A stretch of DNA of 64,000 bases from a virus. Lineage: Duplodnaviria; Caudoviricetes. Of this stretch, positions 1 to 9,900 are shown piece after piece. The position numbers and the translations under genes were made by a program. Positions within the stretch are counted from its first letter, which is position 1; every line of letters starts with the position of its first letter. The notes beneath the pieces were generated by a model that searched no databases, had not been told where the DNA came from, and saw nothing but the letters and a program-made list of their open reading frames with translations. The DNA lies in IMG/VR virus record IMGVR_UViG_3300025706_000001, positions 32,001 to 96,000 of that record; one strand, given 5' to 3'.

Positions 1-1068
1 AACAAAGAAGTCTGCTGCGACACGCTTTGGATGTTGAGTAAGTTCGAGGCTCCATAGATGGGTTACCGAAAAACTGATTCCATCACCGTACTGCAGCAGT
101 ACGATTAAATGCACGTTCGGGTCAAGAACATGCAATGGAAATCCTGGGCACTGCTGAAAAATCTGTGTATATCCAGCTTGTAAATACACCGTAACAGTCA
201 CAGCGAAAGTGCTGATGCCAATGCTGAATCTAAACGTCTCGCTAATATCGCATGGTGAACATCCAGAAATATAGTACAAACCACCAATGCGAGAGCATAG
301 CGTGCCAGAGCCGAAGCTGCCAGTTTGAACAGTAGCCGATGCTGGAGTGCGACCTTCCAGCTTGCATGTCTCACATAACGGTGTCTCACATGTAAAGCAG
401 TATTTTCTTGCAGGGATATCATAATAGTAATCGTCAGTGGAGCAGTCAGTTGTGTAAGGAGGAGGTCCGCAATACCACAGTCTCCAATATCTAAATCGCC
501 TGACAAACATATTAGAGACGTGATCTGGACCAGTCCCAAAGGCGGCATAACTGCCAATGGGCAATGAGTTGTTATACACGGCGCACGCTGAGCACCTTGC
601 TGTTCCAGTCGCGGCGTCGGCAAGCTCGCCTTTGGCAACTCCAGTGTCTGGGTCGTAGCAAACAGTTAGTCGATACCATTCGTCAACGACAACGCCGCTA
701 CAAGTAACGGTTTCGCATAGCTCGGAATCATCTGACAAGTCGATGATATCAAGACTTGCTGTTCCTGCTTCAATAGTAACTTGAATACATATTGAACCAC
801 CAAGAATAACTCGTACCTGTCCGCCAATTGCATCAGCTAGAAAATCAATCTGAACTCGCGGAGGATATGGCGATTGCGGATGAGGTGTATTGGCTGTCGC
901 AGTCTGGCTGACGGCTGAGATTTCAATTCCACCGGGAGAGGCCGCGTAGTTGAAGTTAGCTGCTTCGTCGAGAGTGAAGTTGGTGGTTAGGTCCGCCAGA
1001 CTCATCAGGTTACTGGACTGAATTAAACAACAGCATGGGCACCCAGGATTTCCTTTCTTGCGGGCCAT
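1..1068 (-). CDS. Cys-rich tail-tip/virion protein, 3' truncated by the window edge (missed by the ORF track)
   Basis: ATG at 1068 overlaps the upstream TAA (TAATG). Manual translation MARKKGNPGCPCCCLIQSS... stays open to position 1. It ends the visible tail operon. Confidence 0.75.
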   Translation of the reverse strand, partial: MARKKGNPGCPCCCLIQSSNLMSLADLTTNFTLDEAANFNYAASPGGIEISAVSQTATANTPHPQSPYPPRVQIDFLADAIGGQVRVILGGSICIQVTIEAGTASLDIIDLSDDSELCETVTCSGVVVDEWYRLTVCYDPDTGVAKGELADAATGTARCSACAVYNNSLPIGSYAAFGTGPDHVSNMFVRRFRYWRLWYCGPPPYTTDCSTDDYYYDIPARKYCFTCETPLCETCKLEGRTPASATVQTGSFGSGTLCSRIGGLYYISGCSPCDISETFRFSIGISTFAVTVTVYLQAGYTQIFQQCPGFPLHVLDPNVHLIVLLQYGDGISFSVTHLWSLELTQHPKRVAADFFV

Positions 1069-2813
1069 TAGCCTGTGCCTCCCGTGTCGCAGCACTCGAC
1101 AATGACGCGTCTAGCGCAACACTGGAACGGCCCGGTGTCGATGTACACTTCTTCGGCCACGTCGCCGCAGATTGGCTGGTACACCATGACCATGTAGTCG
1201 TTGCCGCTATGCACAGAGTCGATGGCCGTGATCTTTTCTCGCGTTAATGTTCCACAGGCTATATCTCCTGCGACTCGATAGGCAGTGCAAAGTTCGCCGT
1301 AGATTGTGTCGCCGTCTGGTCCGGCGATCCCGCCTTCCGGGGTTTTGCAAATTAGGTGCCCAGGTAGTTCCAGGGCGTTCGTGCTATGCAGCTGACAGTC
1401 TACGCCAACATTAAGAGGCAGGCTCTGGATTCGTGAAGTGATGTCTCGTCGGTAGTTCTGGCGGAAGACGACTTCACTGGTCGTGGATTTGTCGCTTGGT
1501 GCCGCGACTACGCCAGTCTGCCCGTCTTCATGCTCGATGCCGAACTTGTGGATGATGCAGTCGTCGTAGCCACAGGGGTCCCAGGCCGTGGGGCCGACCG
1601 TCGTGAAGTCGTACTGTCGCCTGTGGTAGTTGAACCAGTCGCTGGCGATTTGATTGGCCAGGGTGACCAGTTCGGCGTTGTTCATTGGATAAGAGTCGCC
1701 GCAGACTCCCATGTCGGCCCAACCGCGAATGTGGATTGTCTTCGAGGTTGCCGCAACTGGACAGTTGACCGTCGTGTCCAGGTATTCAGTAATGGCGTGG
1801 TCGATGACGTGGTACGATTCGTGGCAGTCTTCTTCGGTTAAGTCATCCCCCTTGTCACATTGGCCGCAGAGCATTCCGAAGCGGGATTTAGGAAAGGCGA
1901 CATTGACGTAGGTAGGCATGGCGTGCGTCCATGCCTCAGTGCATTCTGTGCCGGCGAGCTGTTCGTGGGCTAGGTTGCCTAAGTTATCCAAGAAGCATTG
2001 TTCAGCGCCGAGGTGGCTTGAAATCTCAAAGCCGTAATCGAGTCCAGCAATGAGGCGGCAGCCAATACTGGCGAGCGCGGCGTCGAGAAGCTGTGCAGCG
2101 TTGTAGTTGGCCCGCATCCATTCGCCTTGGTGTGGACCCGTGCTGTAGCCAGACTGAACTCCGGTGTCCGGCAGTGCCCACGGCAGATTTCCAACACCCA
2201 GTTCGCCTGTCAGGTAGTTGATGAGATCAAGCCAGCTTGTGAGATGTTCGCAGATGTCTGGCGCATCGACGAACTGCCACCAATATCGCTGGTCAACGAG
2301 ATGGAGCAAGTACAGGTCGTAATCATTGGCGTCGGCGGCTACAAGCAGTTTGTCGGGGTCGTAGGTCTCGCCTTCCCGGCATCCTGAGACGCGACGAAAT
2401 GCGAGCGGATACATGGTCCACTCGCTATTTCGATATGGTTTGCCGAGAAGCTCGTTCTCTTGCGGATTGTAGTCGGTGTCCCAGCGAAGTTTGGCACCAC
2501 TGGCGGCCAGGGTGCATGAGTCTATGGCGTTTTTGGCTTGACCGTTACAGAGGAAAAGACCTTCTGCCCAACGAGTGGCACCTGTGCATGGCCAGTAAAG
2601 CTGATTCAGCCGAAGCGGTGGCGGCTTGGGCCAATTAGTAAGTGGCAGACCGATGTTTGTTTCATCCATCGGGTTGCCTTGCCACGTTCGTGACGGCCCG
2701 AACTCGCCATTTAGGATTGCGTCATCAAGTCGCTGGTATCTCTCCAGGAAGCCATTGGCTTCCATGTTGAAGTCGTGCAACAGCGCCTGGTCCGCAAACG
2801 TCAGGGTCGTCAT
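1068..2813 (-). CDS. Putative tail-tip/baseplate hub protein
   Basis: 581-aa ORF, translationally coupled to both neighbours, downstream of the tape-measure slot. Function inferred from position. Confidence 0.55.
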   Translation of the reverse strand: MTTLTFADQALLHDFNMEANGFLERYQRLDDAILNGEFGPSRTWQGNPMDETNIGLPLTNWPKPPPLRLNQLYWPCTGATRWAEGLFLCNGQAKNAIDSCTLAASGAKLRWDTDYNPQENELLGKPYRNSEWTMYPLAFRRVSGCREGETYDPDKLLVAADANDYDLYLLHLVDQRYWWQFVDAPDICEHLTSWLDLINYLTGELGVGNLPWALPDTGVQSGYSTGPHQGEWMRANYNAAQLLDAALASIGCRLIAGLDYGFEISSHLGAEQCFLDNLGNLAHEQLAGTECTEAWTHAMPTYVNVAFPKSRFGMLCGQCDKGDDLTEEDCHESYHVIDHAITEYLDTTVNCPVAATSKTIHIRGWADMGVCGDSYPMNNAELVTLANQIASDWFNYHRRQYDFTTVGPTAWDPCGYDDCIIHKFGIEHEDGQTGVVAAPSDKSTTSEVVFRQNYRRDITSRIQSLPLNVGVDCQLHSTNALELPGHLICKTPEGGIAGPDGDTIYGELCTAYRVAGDIACGTLTREKITAIDSVHSGNDYMVMVYQPICGDVAEEVYIDTGPFQCCARRVIVECCDTGGTG

Positions 2814-3364
2814 TAGGTGAAACTCAATTCTTGATCGAAGCTGAATGAAAGGCTTAGGCTCATTCCGAGATATTGGTGGTCGTCACGCCGGACGTACCTG
2901 GGTGCTGACCAGCCACGGGGAATGAATCCTCGTTCAACCAGGAAGTGGCCGTCAGCCCCACTGGGAGCAAACTGGTCGGCGTATCCTTCACAGGATTGCG
3001 TGTCAGAAAGCAGTAAGGCGCTGAGGATCGGTCGTTTGAACACCAGTAGTCCACGGGCGGTGTGCATCAGTGCTTCACGAGCTTTGGGCGGCGGGTCCAA
3101 GACGACACGGTTCAGTACCGTGATGATGACTGTTGACTGCTCGCAAAGAGCATTTGGGCCGGCTCCCATGTATGTTGCTTCGTCGTACTGTGAGTCCCCA
3201 AGGCAGATCGTGACGATGGGCGACTGAGAGGGCAAAACGTCGGGAACAGGGGTGTCACAGATGAAGCAGTTGGCGGCCGAAAGCTCAGTCACCTTGGTGA
3301 TCAGGCGGTGCTCGACATGGGACAGGACGAATTCTTCTGCGCCGTAAAGGGACTTTTCAGACAC
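2813..3364 (-). CDS. Putative tail completion/terminator-like protein
   Basis: 183-aa ORF in the tail module. Size and beta-rich C-terminus are compatible; function inferred. Confidence 0.4.
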   Translation of the reverse strand: MSEKSLYGAEEFVLSHVEHRLITKVTELSAANCFICDTPVPDVLPSQSPIVTICLGDSQYDEATYMGAGPNALCEQSTVIITVLNRVVLDPPPKAREALMHTARGLLVFKRPILSALLLSDTQSCEGYADQFAPSGADGHFLVERGFIPRGWSAPRYVRRDDHQYLGMSLSLSFSFDQELSFT

Positions 3365-3398
3365 TTCATCACCTTCAGTTGTTCTTTCTGACCTTTTG

Positions 3399-5057
3399 CT
3401 AGGCTATCAAGCTGTCGTCGAGCGTTGGAACGGCTGCCGTCGGGATCAGAAGATCCTTTGATCGCAGGTCAAGTAGGCGGTTTAGCCATTCGTGCAAAAG
3501 ACCCTGGCGTCCGTTACTCACGGCAATCGTCACCTCGTCCTCCAGCTCGAACTCAAGTGGCCCACAGAAGCACGCCAAGTAAGGTCCGCCGACGTACAGC
3601 CGCGTGGCCGCAATCATGCACAATTCGTCCAGGAATAACGACGTTCCGGTGCTCAAGGCCGTGGTGAGCGACACCCGCAGGTACACGGCGCGGGGTAGGG
3701 TGGTTGGGGTGTGAAAGAAGCCGTTGCAAGCCGTGTGCGAAGCGTCCAGGGTGGTCAGGTCCGTTGTGAACGAATTGGACGTGCCTTGGTCGTCTTCCAC
3801 GTTGTCGCCTGAATCGCCGTCAATCAGGTCCACCTGAAGCACTCCGGCCGCAGGAGTCACGTCAACGCAGGCCCAGAGATTGAAGGCGTAGCAGGTCTTA
3901 GCGGAGAGCGAGACTGGCACCAGCAGGGACGTTAGTTCCGAGCTGTTGCCGGTAATTTTTAGGCACCTCGCGCCTCTGGCTACATAGGCACTTCCAGGGG
4001 TTGGCGTGGCGATGGTGATCGTTGGCGTCCCACCTGTCAGCTTGGACGTGTAGGTCAGCGTAGTTGGGTTGGTAACGCCCACGAAGGTGACGGAATGCGT
4101 CAGGTTTGGGCTGGTCCCTGTGGATGACACGGTGACACTGGCCAGGAACGGGAGGGTTCGCAAGGCCGTCTGCACGGCAGAGGCCGTAGCGTTGTAGGCC
4201 AAGGGCGCGGTTGTGTGGCTTCGGCCGTACTTGTCGGTGAACGTCAACGTGTAGTGCCCGGCCGTTGGCGTGCCGTTAATCGTGACGATCTGGATTTCCA
4301 CGTCCGTCAATTGGATCGTCGTGCCCAGCGTGCCCGTTTCGACAACCCATCCGTATGGCAGGTAGTCGGCGACGGTGCTTTCGGTTTCCATGTCGCCGGT
4401 CGTGATTTTGTTACCGGACGCAGCCGTAGATGTAGTGACCGTGGCGGTCGCCCCCGATCCGCCCGGCCATGTCGGATCAAGCAGCGACTTACTCGGTTCG
4501 CACGTAATCGTCCAGGTTGCCGTGCCGGACGTATTAGCAGAAGTGCATCTAGCACGAATGGTCTCGGCGTAGATGAACTCGTTGACACGCCCATCACCGC
4601 GCTGATCGCAGAACACGAACTTCCCGTTGCCGGTGTTGTCGCCAGAGGTTCCAGAACTACTGCCAACGCCTTCGCCGTAGGTGATCGAGTAGCCAATCGT
4701 GGATGCTTCAACGGACTCGCCGTTTTCGATCATCTGTTCGATCAGTTCTTCCAAGGAAGCGTTGATCGTTTTGGCGATGGACGAGTTGTCTGCGTAGACC
4801 GTTTCGATGATCAGGTTCGTGATCGGGTCGGCGACCAAGGTCGAGAGCACTCCGCCGATGGTTGTCAGTGCGTTGTCGATGGAGTCTTCAAGACTGCCGA
4901 TGACCGCTTGTCGAAAGTCGCGGGCTTCGGTATCGAGTTCGTCCTCGAATGCACGGATGTCGGCGAGCACTTCCGTATCTACGGAAGCAATCAGATCGTC
5001 GGCAGCGTTGATGGCCTTGCCGAGGCGAGTAAACAGGGTGGTGAAGTTTATGGTCAT
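3399..5057 (-). CDS. Tail structural protein
   Basis: 552 aa, Thr/Gly-rich. Contains the 'QIVTINGTPTAGHYTLTF...TAPLAYNATASAVQTAL' module common in phage tail proteins. Confidence 0.6.
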   Translation of the reverse strand: MTINFTTLFTRLGKAINAADDLIASVDTEVLADIRAFEDELDTEARDFRQAVIGSLEDSIDNALTTIGGVLSTLVADPITNLIIETVYADNSSIAKTINASLEELIEQMIENGESVEASTIGYSITYGEGVGSSSGTSGDNTGNGKFVFCDQRGDGRVNEFIYAETIRARCTSANTSGTATWTITCEPSKSLLDPTWPGGSGATATVTTSTAASGNKITTGDMETESTVADYLPYGWVVETGTLGTTIQLTDVEIQIVTINGTPTAGHYTLTFTDKYGRSHTTAPLAYNATASAVQTALRTLPFLASVTVSSTGTSPNLTHSVTFVGVTNPTTLTYTSKLTGGTPTITIATPTPGSAYVARGARCLKITGNSSELTSLLVPVSLSAKTCYAFNLWACVDVTPAAGVLQVDLIDGDSGDNVEDDQGTSNSFTTDLTTLDASHTACNGFFHTPTTLPRAVYLRVSLTTALSTGTSLFLDELCMIAATRLYVGGPYLACFCGPLEFELEDEVTIAVSNGRQGLLHEWLNRLLDLRSKDLLIPTAAVPTLDDSLIA

Positions 5058-5067
5058 TGCGTTTTCC

Positions 5068-6993
5068 CTATGGTACGGCCGCTGCGAGTAAATCAGATGG
5101 GTTTAAGAAAAATTGTTCATCAATGGCAGAGCCATCCGGGTCGGGGTGATTTCCTGGAGAACCAGCGGGAGTGTATGCGCCAAGCACCAACGAATTTTTT
5201 GTTACATAAGGAAGGCGTCCGACTGCCAGCTTATATCCTGGGCCAACGTTGTATGGCCTGTCAAGGTAGTACCAGTATGTTGCAATAACTTCGTGCATGG
5301 CATCACGTCCATCTGCTGAAAGCTGCACTGGCGAAGGATCTATGGTGTAATGCTTTAGGACATGCACGATGTTTGTATTTGGGTCTTTCCAGTGAACTGG
5401 TTTGATAAGTTCTGGCCATGCGTTAACACGGCTAGCATGAATCGTCACCTTGCGAATTTGTATTGGACAATGAAGATGAGCAAACGCTACGGTGGCTTCA
5501 GACGATGAAGCACTACATTGTTTTCCTAGCGGAAATCCTCTCCATCCAGTGTCGGACGACAAGCTAGACGACATTTTGTAAAACGAATATGCCGCCTTCT
5601 GGTGAGATTCTGAATATCGGGCAGATGTGAATTGCTCTAATTGCGTGGCGTCAACTTGCGGTGTCGTGGTGTATGCAGGAATATCCGCTCCAGTTACTCC
5701 CGTTGGCGGTTGAGAGAGGTTTTTTGGGCAGCATGGATTCTGAAGGATCGACAAAAGTATGGACGCAGCAGCCGAAAGGTTTTTTGGCACAACAACCAGT
5801 TCTTTGTCATACATCCTGTCCCTGGGGTTTACTATTCCTCGCGTCCAATGAGACACGTCAGGTCTTAGCGGGCTTCCGAAGTCAAAGCCACCACCACTGC
5901 CTTTGAACTTGCTGACGTTCATGACCCAGGCATTGGCATCAATGGAGATTACTCTAGCATTGAATCTAATTTCGTTTTCGGCAAGATTTTCCTGCAGGGT
6001 GGACGATTGCAGGAAAATCGTCCCTGGAGAATTTGTGCGAATCCATTCCCAGTGTACTTTAGCTTCCAGTATGTACATTGCCAACGTTACAAGAAGTCTC
6101 TTGCTGACACTTTTATCTGAGCGAAGCAGAAGATTCAGTTCTTGCTCGCAAGAGACTCCGTATTGCGGGAAACTCATCGTGTATGTGCCTTCCCACGATG
6201 TAGCAGGCGCTGGTGCAGCAGCCCACGTTTCTTGGTCAATAATCGAAAACGTTAGCTCAAGCGCGTTGGGGTCTTCGTGATAGCTGACGCTTTCTCTTTT
6301 GAATCCTCGAAGAATCGGAGGAAACGCAAAGTTACGGGCTAGTACGTGCGGGTTAATGGATAATGCTCGGCTGCGAAAGCGAATTCTCCCTTGATACATT
6401 CTGCGAGTGAGCCAGCTTTTGCAATCTATGTCATCCGCGACAACCCATCGCATGTTCAGAATGTCTCCAATGCCAACAGGGTCTGTCCCGCATCGCATGA
6501 GCGCAACAAACTCGACTGTAAACCGGCATTTTGCAGTTCGCGTTCCCTTAATGGCTAGGATTTGACACTTCGTTCGCGGTCCATGCGAAATGTCATAGCC
6601 CTCAATTACACCCAAGGTAGTCATTCCGCCTTCAGAGTCGCGTTTGCCACTGGGCTCTCCGCATGGCGCAGTGGCGTCAGGTGAAATCAAAAACAAGACC
6701 TCGTCGTTGATGGTCATCTTGAATTCATGTCGCGGCTGCAAGAACTTGCGAAGCGTGTCGTGCAGTCCTGGTGCTAAACCGACTCCATCTGCCTTGCTCC
6801 AGTTGACGCGAGAACCATGTATTTCTTGATCGACATCAGAAGTATGCAGGTCGCCAGTAAACACGACAGTAGTGTGAATGCCAACTGGATCGACGTTGGT
6901 TGAGTCGTATGTTGGCGACATTTCAACGGACTCTGTGAGAACATTCCGTATGGTAACTTCGTTGTATGTTATGTCGGTTTGGCAAAGTGACAT
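5068..6993 (-). CDS. Putative tail protein (post-tape-measure)
   Basis: Start reassigned to ATG 6993 (MSLCQ), adjacent to the upstream stop at 6995. Function inferred from position. Confidence 0.55.
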   Translation of the reverse strand: MSLCQTDITYNEVTIRNVLTESVEMSPTYDSTNVDPVGIHTTVVFTGDLHTSDVDQEIHGSRVNWSKADGVGLAPGLHDTLRKFLQPRHEFKMTINDEVLFLISPDATAPCGEPSGKRDSEGGMTTLGVIEGYDISHGPRTKCQILAIKGTRTAKCRFTVEFVALMRCGTDPVGIGDILNMRWVVADDIDCKSWLTRRMYQGRIRFRSRALSINPHVLARNFAFPPILRGFKRESVSYHEDPNALELTFSIIDQETWAAAPAPATSWEGTYTMSFPQYGVSCEQELNLLLRSDKSVSKRLLVTLAMYILEAKVHWEWIRTNSPGTIFLQSSTLQENLAENEIRFNARVISIDANAWVMNVSKFKGSGGGFDFGSPLRPDVSHWTRGIVNPRDRMYDKELVVVPKNLSAAASILLSILQNPCCPKNLSQPPTGVTGADIPAYTTTPQVDATQLEQFTSARYSESHQKAAYSFYKMSSSLSSDTGWRGFPLGKQCSASSSEATVAFAHLHCPIQIRKVTIHASRVNAWPELIKPVHWKDPNTNIVHVLKHYTIDPSPVQLSADGRDAMHEVIATYWYYLDRPYNVGPGYKLAVGRLPYVTKNSLVLGAYTPAGSPGNHPDPDGSAIDEQFFLNPSDLLAAAVP

Positions 6994-6994
6994 G

Positions 6995-9900
6995 TTATGG
7001 TGCCATTGGTCCAGGTTTGGTGCTTCTGTAGCTAAATTCGCCAGTCTGCCAGCTTCGGGCAAACGCATCGAAGAAGGTTTGATCTTTTTGCTGTTTGCCT
7101 TCAAGTGCTTTGGCTATTGCCACAAGTGGCGCGATCCCAGGGAGGTATTCTAGGTATTTTGCATACCGAACAATTTCCTTGATGTCCCACAAAAGCCCGG
7201 CCAGAACGGTAGAGATAGTGTTGGTTAGTGCATCCTTTATTGGACGGACCTCGTCAAGGAGGTCTTGGTATGCAGTGCTCATTTCGGATAAATTGCCGCC
7301 AGTGGCTTGTGCAGACTGAATTCCCCTAGTTATTTCTCGAACCTGCGCTTGAGCAAACATGGTTCCGATGGTTCCGGAAAACTGTCGAAGTCCTTCTGTG
7401 CTGTGCAAAAGAGCTTCAGTCCAGTCAGTGACGTGACGCGGAAGAGACGCCATTGTCGCCAATACTTTGTCTGGTCTCGTGGCAAGCGATGCTGGGCTAC
7501 TATTGTTTGCCAAGTCGTACCCGAATTCCGCCGCGTCTCCAGCGATTTTACTTTGTGTCTGCCCAATAAACGGAGAGGCGTTTTCAGTAGTGGAGTGGAT
7601 TCCGCCTCGAACGGCTTGGTCTGCGCGGCTTCCTGCGTAAGTTGCAGCGGCGACAATGGCCGCTGGTCCAGCAGCGCCACCAATGCCCAGTAAAGACAGA
7701 AGTGCATTGGATGTTTCGTTTTGGTCTCCTGCAGCATCGTCAGTTGGGCCAGTTGGACTTACTGGACTCGCTGGGCTAGTTTGCGCTGACTGCAGGTGCT
7801 TCCCGGTAACCGCCCCTAAGCTGTTGATGTGATCTACAAGCTGAAGCTGACCGCCATCAACCCAAACGTGCATTACGTCTCGCGACCCACCTCCTGCTCC
7901 TCCTTGTGAGCCGCCTTGTCCGCCAGTGAGGGCGTCAAAAATGCCGCCAGCAATTCCGCCGCGCCCAGCTCGGCCTCTCCTTCGTTGGGCTCCGGTTGCA
8001 ACTGGCGGCAAGGCGGACCAAAAATCATCGTCGTCAGGCGGTGAAGACAGTGGCTCTTCTTCGTCAGGCTGATCAAAGACAGATCGTGGTTGATCCCTGG
8101 TTCCTTCGGAAAAACTGGCAGGATCTAATCGTCGAGGTTGTGTTGCAAATGGAGTAGTTGGCGGGTGAAATGTTTGCTGAAATGCCTGCTTAGCTCGCCG
8201 CGCCATTTTTGTCCACATGGACGTAGGAACGGCTTCGACAGATGCTTCCTCTGGGCCGTGGACTGGCAATCCTGATTCTGGTGCCGCCGTAGCTCCAATC
8301 TGTTCAAATTGTGCTGCTTCAGACAGTGCGTCACTGGCAAGATTGCCGCGATACTTTTCGGGGATCGTAGCCAAGGCAACTTGCGGCGGTGATTCTGGCG
8401 GCGGCTCTGTCCAGTCTGCAACGAATTCCGCAGGAGCAGTAGCGGACTGTATTCTTTGTAGTCGCGCTTGTTCAGCGGCCCCCCCTATCCGGACTCCTGC
8501 TTCATGCCAAAATGGTGTCGATGCTGCGGCAGGACGTGGGACAGCAAACAGGCTCTCGGTTTCAATTGGTCTTTCTGAACCAAAGGCAGGGGGTGAAGGC
8601 GGTGGCGGTGGTTGTGGTCCTTGCACTGGACCTTGAGTAACGTCTAAAACTAGGCTCTTGTATGCTTCTTTTGTTTTGCGGATCTGTTTCGCTTGCTGCC
8701 GCTGCTCTGGCGTCCAGAACTGACGTGGGGTGGACCGAAGTGATTCGATAACCTCTGCGTTTTCTTCGAGAAACCGCTGGTGTGCTTGGTACTCGATGGC
8801 AAGAGGCCATTCATGTGTGTCGTCAAATCGCGTGCCCAGATCAAAGTCAGGAAGAGAACTTAGTGATTGAGGCTTCTGTGTGTCTCCGTCATTGACTGCA
8901 ATTGGCGGAGGCGTTTCGGCTGTTTGCGGTTCGGGGCCGGACTCAAGGGCATCACTGGAAATACCTGGGGCTGGCTGGCCTTCTAGTACGGCAGGAAGCT
9001 CTTCTTCTGCGGCACGCGACCAGTCATAGTCAAATCGCCTACTCAGGCTGTATTCGTTGGACGTTTGGCTTGGCGATGAAGGGGTTTGCGATTCGCCGAC
9101 ACTAGCTACAGCAGGTTGTGGCGGCTCCGGTGGCTTAACAGGGGCCGGGCTGACGGCGGGCTGTGGTCCTGGTGCGGCGATATTGGCTACAGCGGGTGGT
9201 GTCTTAGCCGACTGGGAACCAACGTCCGGCTTGAGAACTTCAGCGGAATCGCTTGAGTCTAGCTTGTTTTCTGATACAGCTGGTGGTTGTACTGGCGGGG
9301 CAACTGGTGCTGGTGGTTGCGATGTCGTGTCGAGTGGCGGTGGTGTCTCAGCAGTCGTGCTCGGTGCGATGATGGATGTCGGGCTGGCAGCGGGCGGTGG
9401 TCCTGGTGCGGCGACATTGTCCGGGCTAACGGCAGCGGAGGGCGGAGTAACAGGTTCTCCGGCTGGCGAATTGACGACAGAATCGACGCCCTTTGGCTTA
9501 CCAACGTTGACGGCAGGTAGCTGGACAACAGGTGCTGGAGAATGCGGTGGCGCAGTGGTCGTCGGAGGCGTCGGTGTGGCTGGTGCTTGGACTGTGGATG
9601 GCGATGCGGCGACGGATGCCGGACTGGTTGTGGGCGACGGTACGACAATCGCTTCTGCACTAGGCGGGCGTGCTGGATGGCCAAAGACAGCGATGCTTTC
9701 AGGAACTTGAGATAGCGATGATTCAGCTTGCTGCTGACCAAAGGTGAAGATTGCTTCCGTGCTTGGATAACCCTCGGGCCGGGCGATAGGAGCGTCTTCA
9801 GTATCTAAAGCGAACGGTTGCGATCTGGCTGGTGGAGAAGTCGCGGTGACGATCTCTTCAGCGGCTGGTGCGTCTGGCGGCCGGGCGGCAGGGGCTTGCG

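Noticed and set aside
198-638. 146-aa ORF in the track
   Set aside because: Lies in an alternative frame inside the longer coupled ORF 1-1068.
4215-5288. 357-aa plus-strand ORF
   Set aside because: Shadow of the tail gene; composition typical of antisense frames.
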